The notes under the pieces: model-generated
What the model was told of the DNA's origin: nothing
Database searches by the model: none
Seen by the model: only the letters and a program-made list of their open reading frames with translations
Translations under genes and position numbers: made by a program
Shown here: one piece after another, positions 28,460 to 37,936 of the stretch
Layout: the number at the start of each line of letters is the position of its first letter
Position numbering within the stretch: position 1 is the stretch's first letter
Assembly (NCBI GenBank): GCA_020718225.1
Contig: DYSO01000003.1
Location: 1 to 61,505 of the forward strand
Origin: Draconibacterium orientale
GTDB lineage: Bacteria; Bacteroidota; Bacteroidia; Bacteroidales; FEN-979
Length of the DNA: 61,505 nucleotides
Direction of reading: 5' to 3'

Positions 28460-29335
28460 ATGCCGGCTTCAGGAAACACCCGTCTTTTAAATTATTTTTC
28501 ACTGGTAAAGATCAACCACACCATTTTTTCAATTCCTTTTGCATTGATTGGATTTGCCCTGGCTGTAAAAGCCCATGGTGAAAACCTGAATTTACGCCTG
28601 CTTATTTTAGTCCTTCTATCGGTTTTTTTTGCACGTAATTCCGCTATGGGTTTTAACCGGTATGTGGACCGTGAATTTGACCGCAAAAACCCCCGGACTG
28701 CTTTACGGGAAATCCCAAACGCCATCATCAGTCCACAATCCGCATTGATATTTGTAATTATCAATGCATTGCTGTTCATCCTGACCACCTGGTTCCTGAA
28801 CCCGCTTTGTTTTTTTCTTTCGCCTGTCGCCCTGCTGGTCATTCTGGGATACAGTGTGACCAAACGGTTTACAGCTTTATCACATATGTTTCTGGGGCTG
28901 GCTCTGGCCCTGGCGCCTATCGGTGCATACCTCGCCGTTGCCGCCCGATTTGACATCCTGCCACTGATATTCGCTATAATTGTGATTTTCTGGGTTGCAG
29001 GTTTTGATATTCTGTATGCTTTGCAGGATATTGATTTTGATAAATCTGAACAATTGAAATCCCTGCCTGTTTATTACGGTAGCCGCAATGCCCTTGTACT
29101 ATCTGCCTTATTCCATTTAATGGCTGTAATCCTTGTTGTTTTTGCCGGGTTTTCGGGACCGTTTCACCTTGTTTATTGGATCGGTGCGTTGATTTTCACC
29201 GTCGTGCTAACCTATGAGCACACCATTGTAAAACCCGATGATATTACACGGGTCAACTTAGCTTTTGCGACCCTGAACGGAATGGCATCCGTTATTTTTG
29301 CCTGTTTTGTCATTGCTGATCTCTATTTTTATTGA
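28460..29335 (+). CDS. UbiA-family polyprenyltransferase (MqnP-like / 4-hydroxybenzoate polyprenyltransferase-like)
   Basis: HTIFSIPFA, ARNSAMGFNR..DR..D..NPRT..REIP, YS.TKRFT..SH, WVAGFDILYALQD.DFD. Confidence 0.88.
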   Translation: MPASGNTRLLNYFSLVKINHTIFSIPFALIGFALAVKAHGENLNLRLLILVLLSVFFARNSAMGFNRYVDREFDRKNPRTALREIPNAIISPQSALIFVIINALLFILTTWFLNPLCFFLSPVALLVILGYSVTKRFTALSHMFLGLALALAPIGAYLAVAARFDILPLIFAIIVIFWVAGFDILYALQDIDFDKSEQLKSLPVYYGSRNALVLSALFHLMAVILVVFAGFSGPFHLVYWIGALIFTVVLTYEHTIVKPDDITRVNLAFATLNGMASVIFACFVIADLYFY

Positions 29336-29341
29336 CCGCTG

Positions 29342-30880
29342 CTATTTCCCCCAGTTTGCCCTGTCGAGCGACCGGTAATTAATGGCTTCTGCCAGATGTT
29401 CCAGGCCTATCTGATCGGCCTGGCCAAGGTCGGCAATGGTACGTGATACTTTTAAAATGCGGTTGTAAGCGCGTGCCGATAATCCCAGTTTTTCCATTGC
29501 TGTTTTCAGTAACATTTTTCCGGCATCGCTCAGGGAACAGACTTTCTGGAGCATTCGTGCCGGAATATGGGCATTTGAATATACACCGGGCATCCCTTCA
29601 AACCGCTTTTCCTGTATTTTCCGGGCAATGATTACACGGTTGCGAATGGTTTCGCTGTGTTCACCCTCCCGCCAACGGTTTAAGTCATTGATATCGACCG
29701 GGACAACTTCAATATGAATATCGATACGATCGAAGAGAGGGCCCGAAATCCGGTTAAGGTATTTCTGAACTTCACCACCCATACACTGACATGGACGGGT
29801 GGGATGGTTGTAATAACCACAGGGACAAGGGTTCATTGCAGCCACAAGCATAAAGCTGGAAGGATATTCAATGGCCACCCGGGCCCGTGAAATCGTAACA
29901 ACACGTTCTTCCATAGGCTGGCGTAATACCTCCAATACCGACCGTTTGAATTCCGGGAGTTCATCAAGAAATAAAACACCATTGTGGGCCAGGGAAATCT
30001 CCCCCGGTTGAGGGATACTTCCGCCACCTACAAGCGCCATATTTGATACTGTATGATGCGGGGAACGGAAGGGCCGTTTTAAAATCATAGAGCGGTTTAC
30101 GCCCAGCTTTCCGGCGATGGAATGAATGCGAGTGGTCTCTATCGCTTCGCGGAAGCTTAGCGGAGGTAAGATCGACGGGAGCCGCTTTGCCAACATCGTT
30201 TTCCCTGCCCCGGGTGGCCCGATCAAAATCACATTATGGCCTCCGGCAGCTGCAATTTCCATTGCCCGTTTAATGTTTTCCTGTCCCCGCACATCGGAAA
30301 AATCATATTCATATTCCGGGGTAACCGGGTCTGTCTCTCCTTCGGAATCGGGCAGTGTGCGCAATAATGGAGACAGATCGTTAAAAAAACCAATAACCTC
30401 CCTGATGTTTTGTACGCCATATACTTCAATTCCACTCACAATGGCAGCTTCCCTTGCATTTTGCAAGGGTAGTAAGATTCCTTTGAATCCTTTCTCCTGA
30501 GCTTCCAAAGCAATGGATAGGGCCCCTTTTATTGGCAACAAGCTCCCATCCAGGGAGAGTTCCCCCATCATCATATAATGCTCCAGTTTATCAACGCGAA
30601 TCACCTCGTTGGCTGCGAGAATCCCCATCGCAATGGTCAGATCGTAAGATGATCCCTCTTTACGAATATCGGCCGGTGCCATGTTGATGATGATTTTTTT
30701 TCCCGGGATCCGGTAACCATTGTTTCGTAATGCCGATTCAATGCGATGGTGACTTTCCCTGACTGCATTGTCTGGCAATCCCACCATGAAAAACTGAATT
30801 CCCTGTTCCATGTTAACCTCAACGGTCACAGTCATAGCTTTGATCCCGAATACGGCGCTGCCAAAGGTTTTTACCAACAT
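29342..30880 (-). CDS. comM: YifB/ComM Mg-chelatase-like AAA+ ATPase
   Basis: VGLPD.AVRES, INMAPADIRKEGSSYDL, GPPGAGKT, PFRSPHH, LFLDELPEF, CPCG..C, LSARAY. Confidence 0.93.
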   Translation of the reverse strand: MLVKTFGSAVFGIKAMTVTVEVNMEQGIQFFMVGLPDNAVRESHHRIESALRNNGYRIPGKKIIINMAPADIRKEGSSYDLTIAMGILAANEVIRVDKLEHYMMMGELSLDGSLLPIKGALSIALEAQEKGFKGILLPLQNAREAAIVSGIEVYGVQNIREVIGFFNDLSPLLRTLPDSEGETDPVTPEYEYDFSDVRGQENIKRAMEIAAAGGHNVILIGPPGAGKTMLAKRLPSILPPLSFREAIETTRIHSIAGKLGVNRSMILKRPFRSPHHTVSNMALVGGGSIPQPGEISLAHNGVLFLDELPEFKRSVLEVLRQPMEERVVTISRARVAIEYPSSFMLVAAMNPCPCGYYNHPTRPCQCMGGEVQKYLNRISGPLFDRIDIHIEVVPVDINDLNRWREGEHSETIRNRVIIARKIQEKRFEGMPGVYSNAHIPARMLQKVCSLSDAGKMLLKTAMEKLGLSARAYNRILKVSRTIADLGQADQIGLEHLAEAINYRSLDRANWGK

Positions 30881-30947
30881 AATAAAAATTTACCCCTTAA
30901 TCCGTTGGCAGAGGGGAAAGTAATACAGGAAAGTGGAAAAGTTATGA

Positions 30948-30997
30948 ACAGGTTGGACAGGTTGGACAAGTGGACAAGTGAACAGGTGGACAGGTTG
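30948..30997 (+). repeat. Six 8/9-bp units ACA(G/A)GT(T)G(G/A) between the gldB stop and the comM start
   Basis: ACAGGTTGG ACAGGTTGG ACAAGTGG ACAAGTGA ACAGGTGG ACAGGTTG. Confidence 0.85.
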
Positions 30998-30998
30998 A

Positions 30999-32015
30999 TT
31001 ATTTTTGTGGTTTGTATTTTGACCGGGTGAGGATTTTTTGATGGTCTTTTTCGTCCATCAGTTGGGAAAGGGTTACATCCGGTTGGTTTTCCATGAATTT
31101 CCTGACAATTTGCCAGCCGATAAAGGCTCCAAGCCGGGGTGGGGCTTCCTGCGAAAATCCGGGTGAAAAAGGGCCATCCGACATCCATGACCGGGTCATT
31201 TGTCCATCGGTGGAATAGAGCATCTGGTTATCGATGATAGCACTCCAAACAGGAGGTTCATGGTTGGTAATCCATTGATACTGATCCTTACTATAGCCCA
31301 GAATAAACCGAAGTTCGGTATTGGGTATCATGGCCTTAATAAAATAGATATCCTTGCCGCTTTCAACCATTTGTTCGAGTAATGAATTTCCTGGAAATTG
31401 CGCAGGATACATCTCTTCCCTTAAAGCCCCGGCAATTCCGGGCATGATATGTTGCGGGGTCATTCTCGCTATCCGATACCGGGAAATTCCATCGGCAACA
31501 TAAGGCTTGAAATCCGTGCCCAAAAAATTATCTAGCCCGATCAGCAGAACACTGTCGCTGAGTTGAACTGGAAAATCATAATCGCCTCCGGAAATATAAC
31601 TGTAAACACGCGGAATTTTTACATCCGGATAATAATACTTCAGGTGGCGAAAAAGATCAGTCAGTGAATTTTCCAGGTTGGCAACATCCTTGAACCGGGT
31701 GCGGACTTCAGCATAGAATTCCCGGGTGCGCCGGTTTTCAAGGTAGGCTTGCATCTGTTCCAGTTTTGTGGGATCTGACAGATCGGTTTCAAGAAAAAAC
31801 CGGTATTCAGGCTTTAATTTTTCCAGGTCCTGACTAAGATGATCATGCCTGACTTGAAACAGTTCCAAATCATAACGGTGAATTTTGACATGAGGCACAT
31901 GGATATCTGAAACATCAACCAACAACCTGTCATTTTGAGATCCGCATCCGGAAACCATTATCCATCCAATCAACCAGAGGACAAACAACAATTTTGATCT
32001 GTTCAGCATCATCAT
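30999..32015 (-). CDS. gldB: Gliding motility-associated lipoprotein GldB
   Basis: Lipobox-like SGC; YSYISG, LIGLDNFLG, LL..MV..GK, W..NE..VW, GPFS.......P.RLG.FIGWQIVR.FM, SKYKP. Confidence 0.85.
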   Translation of the reverse strand: MMMLNRSKLLFVLWLIGWIMVSGCGSQNDRLLVDVSDIHVPHVKIHRYDLELFQVRHDHLSQDLEKLKPEYRFFLETDLSDPTKLEQMQAYLENRRTREFYAEVRTRFKDVANLENSLTDLFRHLKYYYPDVKIPRVYSYISGGDYDFPVQLSDSVLLIGLDNFLGTDFKPYVADGISRYRIARMTPQHIMPGIAGALREEMYPAQFPGNSLLEQMVESGKDIYFIKAMIPNTELRFILGYSKDQYQWITNHEPPVWSAIIDNQMLYSTDGQMTRSWMSDGPFSPGFSQEAPPRLGAFIGWQIVRKFMENQPDVTLSQLMDEKDHQKILTRSKYKPQK

Positions 32016-32213
32016 TGGCTTTTAATATTAATTTTTACTGACAACGAGCTAAAAACATACAATAATCAATGGATTACTGATTTACAATGAACCCATCCAA
32101 CAAACGTCATCACCGGTTAATTATTTTTGGATAAAAATATGTTTAACAGGTTCCGGATCGGATTATTAATCCCTATTTTTGTTTTTCCTGTTATCCACTA
32201 AAAAATAAAAAAA

Positions 32214-32924
32214 ATGAAAAAAACATACCGAATAATTTCAATCGCCCTTGTACTATCTGTACTCTTTCCTTTTCCGGGGTTTTCGCAGAAAGATCTCCCG
32301 GTCAAACTCGGGTTAAAGGTAGCGCCAAATATATGCTGGATGAACCCGGGGACCAAAAATTACGAATACGATGGGGCCCGGTTAGGCGCCACCATCGGAT
32401 TTGTCAGTGATATTTATTTTGCTGAACGGTATGCTTTTTCGACCGGATTTAATTTTCAATTCCTGAATGGAAAATTGACCTATCCGGACAACCGCATGAA
32501 ACCCAATGATACGACAATTTTATCCGGACAGGTGGCACGAAAGTACAATTTCATATATCTGGAAATCCCCATCATGATCAAGATGCAATCGAAAGAATTC
32601 GGCCGTTTTTCATTTTATGGTCAGATTGGATTTGGCACCGGATTTCGGGTTAAGGCAACTGCTGATGAATCGTTTCAACCCGATCACGGGGAGGCGTTCG
32701 ATCAGCAATATGAGATCAATGAAGCAACCTCCCTGATAAGGGAATCGCTGCTGATCGGTTTGGGCTTTGAGTTCCATATCGACCTTTCATCGCGGATTAT
32801 TTTTGGCATTTCCTATTCGAATGCCCTTAATAATATCCTTAATGGAGGGATCAACGACAAAACAAAGATGAATGAAAAGAGTACGTTGAACTACATTGAA
32901 CTGAACCTGGGATTTCTTTTCTGA
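32214..32924 (+). CDS. Outer-membrane beta-barrel (PorT / OmpA-transmembrane-like 'porin family') protein
   Basis: Signal peptide; alternating beta-strand pattern; YLEIPIMIK; C-terminal Phe (LGFLF); -7 element TATTTTTG at 32174-32181. Confidence 0.75.
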   Translation: MKKTYRIISIALVLSVLFPFPGFSQKDLPVKLGLKVAPNICWMNPGTKNYEYDGARLGATIGFVSDIYFAERYAFSTGFNFQFLNGKLTYPDNRMKPNDTTILSGQVARKYNFIYLEIPIMIKMQSKEFGRFSFYGQIGFGTGFRVKATADESFQPDHGEAFDQQYEINEATSLIRESLLIGLGFEFHIDLSSRIIFGISYSNALNNILNGGINDKTKMNEKSTLNYIELNLGFLF

Positions 32925-34675
32925 TGGGGAAAATAAAAATTGCACTGGCTCAACTGAATTATCATATAGGGGATTTTGGGCATAATACTTCCCGTATCCT
33001 TGCTGCAATCGACAAAGCTAAATCCCGGGCTGCGGATATCGTTGTATTTGCTGAATTGTCGGTGTGCGGATACCCGCCGCGTGATTTTCTGGAATTTGAT
33101 GATTTTATCCGACAAGGGAAACACGCTGTTGAGACCATTGCTTCTGCTTGCCGGGGAATTGCAGCCATTGTCGGCGCCCCTTCGGTTAATCCTGCGTTTC
33201 GTGGTAAGCCGCTTTACAATACCGCATATTTTCTTTCCGATGGCGCCATACGGGCGATTGCCCACAAGACCTTGCTTCCCAATTACGATATTTTTGATGA
33301 ATACCGGTATTTTGAACCCAACCGGCTTCCCTATGGATTGGTTGAATATGGTGGTTTCCGTTTTGCCATGACCATATGTGAAGACCTTTGGAACCTGTCC
33401 GATGATCCCCTATACGTACGCAACCCCATGGATGAGCTGATCGGCCTCGGACCCGACCTGATCATCAACATTGCAGCTTCACCCTTTCATTATAATCAAC
33501 CTGCCGAACGTCGTGAAATATTAGCGAGAAATGCGATTGCCTACCAACGGCCCGTTGTCTATGTAAACCAGACCGGAGGACAGACAGAACTAATTTTTGA
33601 CGGCGATTCAATGGTTATCAATGCAATAGGGGAAGTTGTATCGTGTCTGAACCGGTTTGAGGAAGATCTCCAGGTGTTTGAGTTTACCCATGCTTCACCA
33701 TCAACCGTGGCCTCGTCCCCTTTCCTTTCCACGGAAGGAGATCGGGTTATCCGTACTGCATCTCCTGTCGCCGTGACCTTAATTCCTGATCCGGACTCTC
33801 CTTCAGACAGAAATATGAAAATTTGCCCTGAATCTGTGATACAACTGATCCATGGCGCATTGGTGCTGGGCATCCGTGATTATTTCGGGAAAATGGGATT
33901 TTCAAAAGCTGTACTTGGTTTATCCGGAGGTATTGATTCGGCGGTAACACTGGTTCTGGCGACAGAAGCGCTGGGTGCAAAAAACGTCAGGGCGATCCTG
34001 TTACCCTCCCGGTTTTCATCGGGTCACAGCATCGACGATGCTCGTAAGTTGGCTGAAAACCTGAATGTCCCTTACGATATCATTTCCATCGAAGAGGGAT
34101 TTGAAGCAATGCGCCATACACTGGAACCTGTATTTGGAGATCTTCCTTTTAACCTGACCGAGGAAAATATCCAGGCCCGTCTCAGGTCGGTCATTCTGAT
34201 GGCTTTATCGAATAAATTCGGGTATATCCTGCTCAATACCTCCAATAAAAGTGAAGCTGCCGTTGGATATGGGACCCTTTATGGTGATATGAGCGGAGGG
34301 TTATCGGTACTGGGTGATATTTATAAAACACAGGTGTACGAACTTGCCAGGCAAATCAATGCCGCCAAACCCGTGATTCCCCTGAATTCAATTTTAAAAC
34401 CCCCTTCTGCGGAATTGCGGCCAGACCAAAAAGATTCAGACTCCCTGCCCGACTATGAAATTTTGGATCAAATCCTTTTTAAATACATTGAACAACAGTT
34501 CGGACCTGAAGAATTGATCCGGGAAGGTTTCAACGCAGCCATCGTTAACCAAGTCCTGAAAATGGTCAATACTTCAGAATACAAACGGTACCAAACGCCT
34601 CCCATCCTTCGGGTTTCCCCAAAAGCATTCGGGATGGGACGTCGTATGCCCATTGTGGCTAAGTATCTTTCGTAA
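32924..34675 (+). CDS. nadE: Glutamine-dependent NAD+ synthetase
   Basis: Nitrilase triad (FAEL..GYPP, HKTLLPNYDIFDE.RYF, ICEDLW); LSGGIDS; ENIQARLR; NKSE.AVGY.TLYGD; PSAELRPDQKD. Confidence 0.96.
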   Translation: MGKIKIALAQLNYHIGDFGHNTSRILAAIDKAKSRAADIVVFAELSVCGYPPRDFLEFDDFIRQGKHAVETIASACRGIAAIVGAPSVNPAFRGKPLYNTAYFLSDGAIRAIAHKTLLPNYDIFDEYRYFEPNRLPYGLVEYGGFRFAMTICEDLWNLSDDPLYVRNPMDELIGLGPDLIINIAASPFHYNQPAERREILARNAIAYQRPVVYVNQTGGQTELIFDGDSMVINAIGEVVSCLNRFEEDLQVFEFTHASPSTVASSPFLSTEGDRVIRTASPVAVTLIPDPDSPSDRNMKICPESVIQLIHGALVLGIRDYFGKMGFSKAVLGLSGGIDSAVTLVLATEALGAKNVRAILLPSRFSSGHSIDDARKLAENLNVPYDIISIEEGFEAMRHTLEPVFGDLPFNLTEENIQARLRSVILMALSNKFGYILLNTSNKSEAAVGYGTLYGDMSGGLSVLGDIYKTQVYELARQINAAKPVIPLNSILKPPSAELRPDQKDSDSLPDYEILDQILFKYIEQQFGPEELIREGFNAAIVNQVLKMVNTSEYKRYQTPPILRVSPKAFGMGRRMPIVAKYLS

Positions 34676-34687
34676 TCTCTTCTGTAC

Positions 34688-34942
34688 CTATTCAGCCAGC
34701 GCCGATTCCACTCCTTTGATTTCCGGAATGGCTTTGATTACGGCAGCTTCAATCCCGTTTTTAAGCGTCATCTGACTGTAAGGACAATTCCCACACATTC
34801 CTAGCAAACGGACATTTACGATATTATCTTCGGTAAGGTTGATAAATTCAACATCGCCACCATCGGCCTGGAGATAAGGACGGATTTGTTCGATGACATT
34901 TTTTACTTTCGATATCAATTCTTCGTTTAAGGGCATATTCAA
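34688..34942 (-). CDS. NifU/NfuA-domain Fe-S scaffold or carrier
   Basis: IRPYLQADGGDVE, LLGMCGNCP, TLKNGIE. Confidence 0.92.
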   Translation of the reverse strand: MNMPLNEELISKVKNVIEQIRPYLQADGGDVEFINLTEDNIVNVRLLGMCGNCPYSQMTLKNGIEAAVIKAIPEIKGVESALAE

Positions 34943-35021
34943 TGATTTTTATCAATCCTGGTTATTAAATTGTGATCTATTTCAGAGAAACAACATTTGT
35001 TTATGATCGCTTTGTCACTTG

Positions 35022-36101
35022 TCACTGCTGCATAACATCCCTAATGGCATTGCTGATGGCAACCTGTTGGGCAACTTTTCCGGCCAAATCCCTGAATGCA
35101 ACAGTCATCTCCGATTCGGGACCGATTGCAACCGGAATACCGGTATCACCTGAATCGGCAATGGCAGCGACAATCGGAATTTGTCCCAAAACAGGGATAT
35201 TGAGTTCGGCTGCAAATTTGCGACACCCTCCCTGACCAAAAATAAAATATTTTTTCTCCGGCTGGTCGGGTGGTGCAAAGTACGACATATTTTCTACCAG
35301 CCCCAATAAAGGGATGTGAATTTTTTCATTATGGAACATATCGGCTGCTTTGCGAACATCAGCAATGGCAACCTCCTGTGGCGTACTTACGATGATGGCG
35401 CCTGTGACCGGAAAATCCTGTACCAGGGTCAATGGTATGTCACCGGTTCCAGGTGGCAGGTCAATGATCAGATAATCGAGGGCGCCCCACTCCGCATCTG
35501 TAAAAAGTTGGCGTAACGCATTGGAAGCCATTGGACCCCGCCAGATCAAAGCTTTTGACTGATCAACAAAAAATCCGATGGACAATATTTTAATTCCAAA
35601 TTTTTCAATCGGATAGATATAGGCTTTTCCCTCTTTTTCAAAGACCTGTGGGTGTTCTTTGACCAGCCCTAACATGATGGGAATGGATGGCCCATAGATA
35701 TCGGCATCAATCAAACCGACACGCGCCCCTGTTTGGGATAAGGCAACAGCAAGGTTCACCGCTACTGTCGATTTTCCGACACCCCCTTTACCCGATCCCA
35801 CTGCAATGATATTCCTGACATCTTTCAGAACATGGTCAACCGCTTTACGCCGGGAGGTGACCCGGGAAGTCATGTTTATAACAACTTCAATGTCCGGACT
35901 GATGTATTTATGAATGGCATCAATGCATGATTGACGTATCTGGTTTTTCAGCGGACAGGCCGGAGTTGTAAGAACAACATCAAACCCAACGGTTTTGCCA
36001 TCAACCCGGATATTTTCAATTATATTCAATGTCACCAGGTCCTTTTTAAGGTCCGGATCATCCACATGTTTTAGTGCATCGGTAACCAGGGAAATATTCA
36101 T
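35022..36101 (-). CDS. apbC: Mrp/NBP35 (ApbC) Fe-S carrier ATPase with N-terminal DUF59
   Basis: V.DPDL..DLV, LTTPACP, SGKGGVGKST, DADIYGPS, IWRGPM, DLPPGTGD, VENMS. Confidence 0.94.
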   Translation of the reverse strand: MNISLVTDALKHVDDPDLKKDLVTLNIIENIRVDGKTVGFDVVLTTPACPLKNQIRQSCIDAIHKYISPDIEVVINMTSRVTSRRKAVDHVLKDVRNIIAVGSGKGGVGKSTVAVNLAVALSQTGARVGLIDADIYGPSIPIMLGLVKEHPQVFEKEGKAYIYPIEKFGIKILSIGFFVDQSKALIWRGPMASNALRQLFTDAEWGALDYLIIDLPPGTGDIPLTLVQDFPVTGAIIVSTPQEVAIADVRKAADMFHNEKIHIPLLGLVENMSYFAPPDQPEKKYFIFGQGGCRKFAAELNIPVLGQIPIVAAIADSGDTGIPVAIGPESEMTVAFRDLAGKVAQQVAISNAIRDVMQQ

Positions 36102-36171
36102 AATACCATTTTGTTTACAATTTTAACTGTTCACAGGCACTGGGTAATGGGAAAAAATGCGGAAAATTTTA

Positions 36172-36519
36172 TCACTTTTCCCGGGGATCCCAGAATAATT
36201 GATTAAAATTTTTAACCTGGTCGTTTTCAATTTCAACTCCTTCATTTTCTAAAAGTTGCTGCATAATTGAGGATCCTCCGAAATGATGTTTTCCGGTAAG
36301 CACACCGTTGCGGTTAACCACTCGATGCGCAGGAATATCGTTGACGGCTGAATGGGCTGCATTCATTGCCCAGCCAACCATACGGGCCGATTTACAAAGG
36401 CCCAGATATTCGGAAATGGCGCCATAAGAGGTGATACGACCAGGAGGGATCCGGCGGACAACATCGTAAACATTCTCGAAAAAAGAGGTTGAATCCTTCA
36501 CTGGTAATTTATGCATCAT
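36172..36519 (-). CDS. MGMT-family alkyltransferase-like (ATL) DNA-binding protein
   Basis: IPPGRITSYG.I, SARMVGWAM, PAHRVVN (Ala in place of the catalytic Cys of PCHRV). Confidence 0.88.
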   Translation of the reverse strand: MMHKLPVKDSTSFFENVYDVVRRIPPGRITSYGAISEYLGLCKSARMVGWAMNAAHSAVNDIPAHRVVNRNGVLTGKHHFGGSSIMQQLLENEGVEIENDQVKNFNQLFWDPREK

Positions 36520-36869
36520 AGCTGACTCTTCAACTCAAGCAGAAACCCTTTGATTTGATTGAGAGAATCGACGACCTCCACCAGTCTTGACACTCCTTCT
36601 TTATTCTGCAACAATTTTTCTTTCGCCCCCTGAAGGGTATATCCCCGTTCCTTCACCAGATGATAAATAATTCGTAAGTTATCCAAATCCTGACGGGTAA
36701 AAAAGCGGTCCCCTTTTTTATTTTTTTGGGGTTTTAAAATATCAAATTCTTTTTCCCAATAGCGGATCAATGAAGCGTTGACCTCAAATAATGAGGCTAC
36801 CTCCCCAATGGAATAGTAAATTTTCTCGACCTTTCTATTGGTTTTAAGCATTAACAAAACTCCTTTCAA
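36516..36869 (-). CDS. MerR-family HTH regulator
   Basis: YYSIGEVA..F.VNASLIRYWEKEF, RGYTLQGAK. Confidence 0.92.
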   Translation of the reverse strand: MKGVLLMLKTNRKVEKIYYSIGEVASLFEVNASLIRYWEKEFDILKPQKNKKGDRFFTRQDLDNLRIIYHLVKERGYTLQGAKEKLLQNKEGVSRLVEVVDSLNQIKGFLLELKSQL

Positions 36870-37840
36870 TCCATTGTTTGTGAAGGCTGTGCAGAGAGCT
36901 CCAGCATCATCTGGAACTGATCGGGCGTTAAATCATTGAAAAAGAAATAGATCGGATTGAGAGGGACGCCATTTTTTCGCACTTCATAATGAAGGTGTGG
37001 TGAAGTTGACTTCCCTGTATTACCTACATATCCTATGATCTGGCCCCGAAGGATTTTTTGTCCCGGCCTGACAAAAATCCGGGAGAGATGGGCATAAACA
37101 GTTTTGTAATTATAACCATGATCAATTACGATCTTGTTCCCATATCCACCATGTTGGTCACGGCCGGTTTCCAAAATGGTACCATTTCCGGTTGCATATA
37201 TCTCAGTGCCGACCGGCGCAGAAAAATCCATCCCCTCATGAAATTTTCTTACTTTATAAAAAGGATCCATCCGGAACCCGAAATAGGAACCAATCCTACG
37301 TAAGTCCTTATTGTTCACCGGTTGAATGGCGGGTATGGAAACCAGCATTTTTTCTTTGTTCCGGGCCAGGTTGAAAACTTCATCAAATGACTTTGATTGA
37401 ACATAAAGCTGTCCTAATATCCTGTCCATTTTCTTGGTGGTTTCGATAACAAGATCGGAATTGGAGTAGCCTTTCAGCATTTCATAGCGGTCGATCCCTC
37501 CAATTCCCGCTTCGCGGATGGAACTCGGGATCGGTTCAGATTCAAAGATAACGCGGTAGATATTATCGTCCCGGTCCTGCAGATCGGTAACGATCCGGTT
37601 GGCCTTGTCAAGTTGCTCATTCAATAACTGATATTGCAGTTTTAGCTGGTCTATTTCCCGTTTCTGAGCTTTTTCCTGCGGGGAGTCGAGAAAATTATAT
37701 GCCAGAATCAAGACCACAGCCGCAAATACAACCCCTGTTGACAGGTGGGAAAAAAAATAGAGCAACCTCTTACGGAATGTTGTATGCACCCGGTCGAAGG
37801 TCAATGATTTTTTATTGAATTTATACTTTACCTTGCTCAT
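36866..37840 (-). CDS. M23-family peptidoglycan endopeptidase
   Basis: HEGMD (HxxxD), YAHL, STSPHLHYE (HxH); N-terminal TM and coiled coil. Confidence 0.93.
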   Translation of the reverse strand: MSKVKYKFNKKSLTFDRVHTTFRKRLLYFFSHLSTGVVFAAVVLILAYNFLDSPQEKAQKREIDQLKLQYQLLNEQLDKANRIVTDLQDRDDNIYRVIFESEPIPSSIREAGIGGIDRYEMLKGYSNSDLVIETTKKMDRILGQLYVQSKSFDEVFNLARNKEKMLVSIPAIQPVNNKDLRRIGSYFGFRMDPFYKVRKFHEGMDFSAPVGTEIYATGNGTILETGRDQHGGYGNKIVIDHGYNYKTVYAHLSRIFVRPGQKILRGQIIGYVGNTGKSTSPHLHYEVRKNGVPLNPIYFFFNDLTPDQFQMMLELSAQPSQTMD

Positions 37841-37886
37841 TAATAGCCTAATAAAGAATTAATCAAAAGAGGTAAGCCAACAGCTA

Positions 37887-37912
37887 CAAAATTAAGTAAA
37901 TAATTAACTTTG
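37887..37912. promoter_or_regulatory. Back-to-back -7 elements: TAATTTTG (minus, 37887-37894, M23 operon) and TAACTTTG (plus, 37905-37912, alaS)
   Basis: Both match TAnnTTTG; the plus copy is followed by the typical CAGC. Confidence 0.65.
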
Positions 37913-37936
37913 CAGCCACTTTGGATTTTTAAAAAA

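Noticed and set aside
29342-30880. Mobile-element insertion in comM (a known integration hotspot)
   Set aside because: The ORF is intact and full length, with no integrase nearby
30948-30997. Possible CRISPR or MraZ site in the GTGG-containing repeats
   Set aside because: Units are contiguous with no unique spacers, and the period is 8-9 bp rather than the 10 bp of MraZ boxes
30999-32015. gldB as evidence of gliding motility
   Set aside because: gldB homologues occur in non-gliding Bacteroidota, and no other gld/spr genes are present in the window
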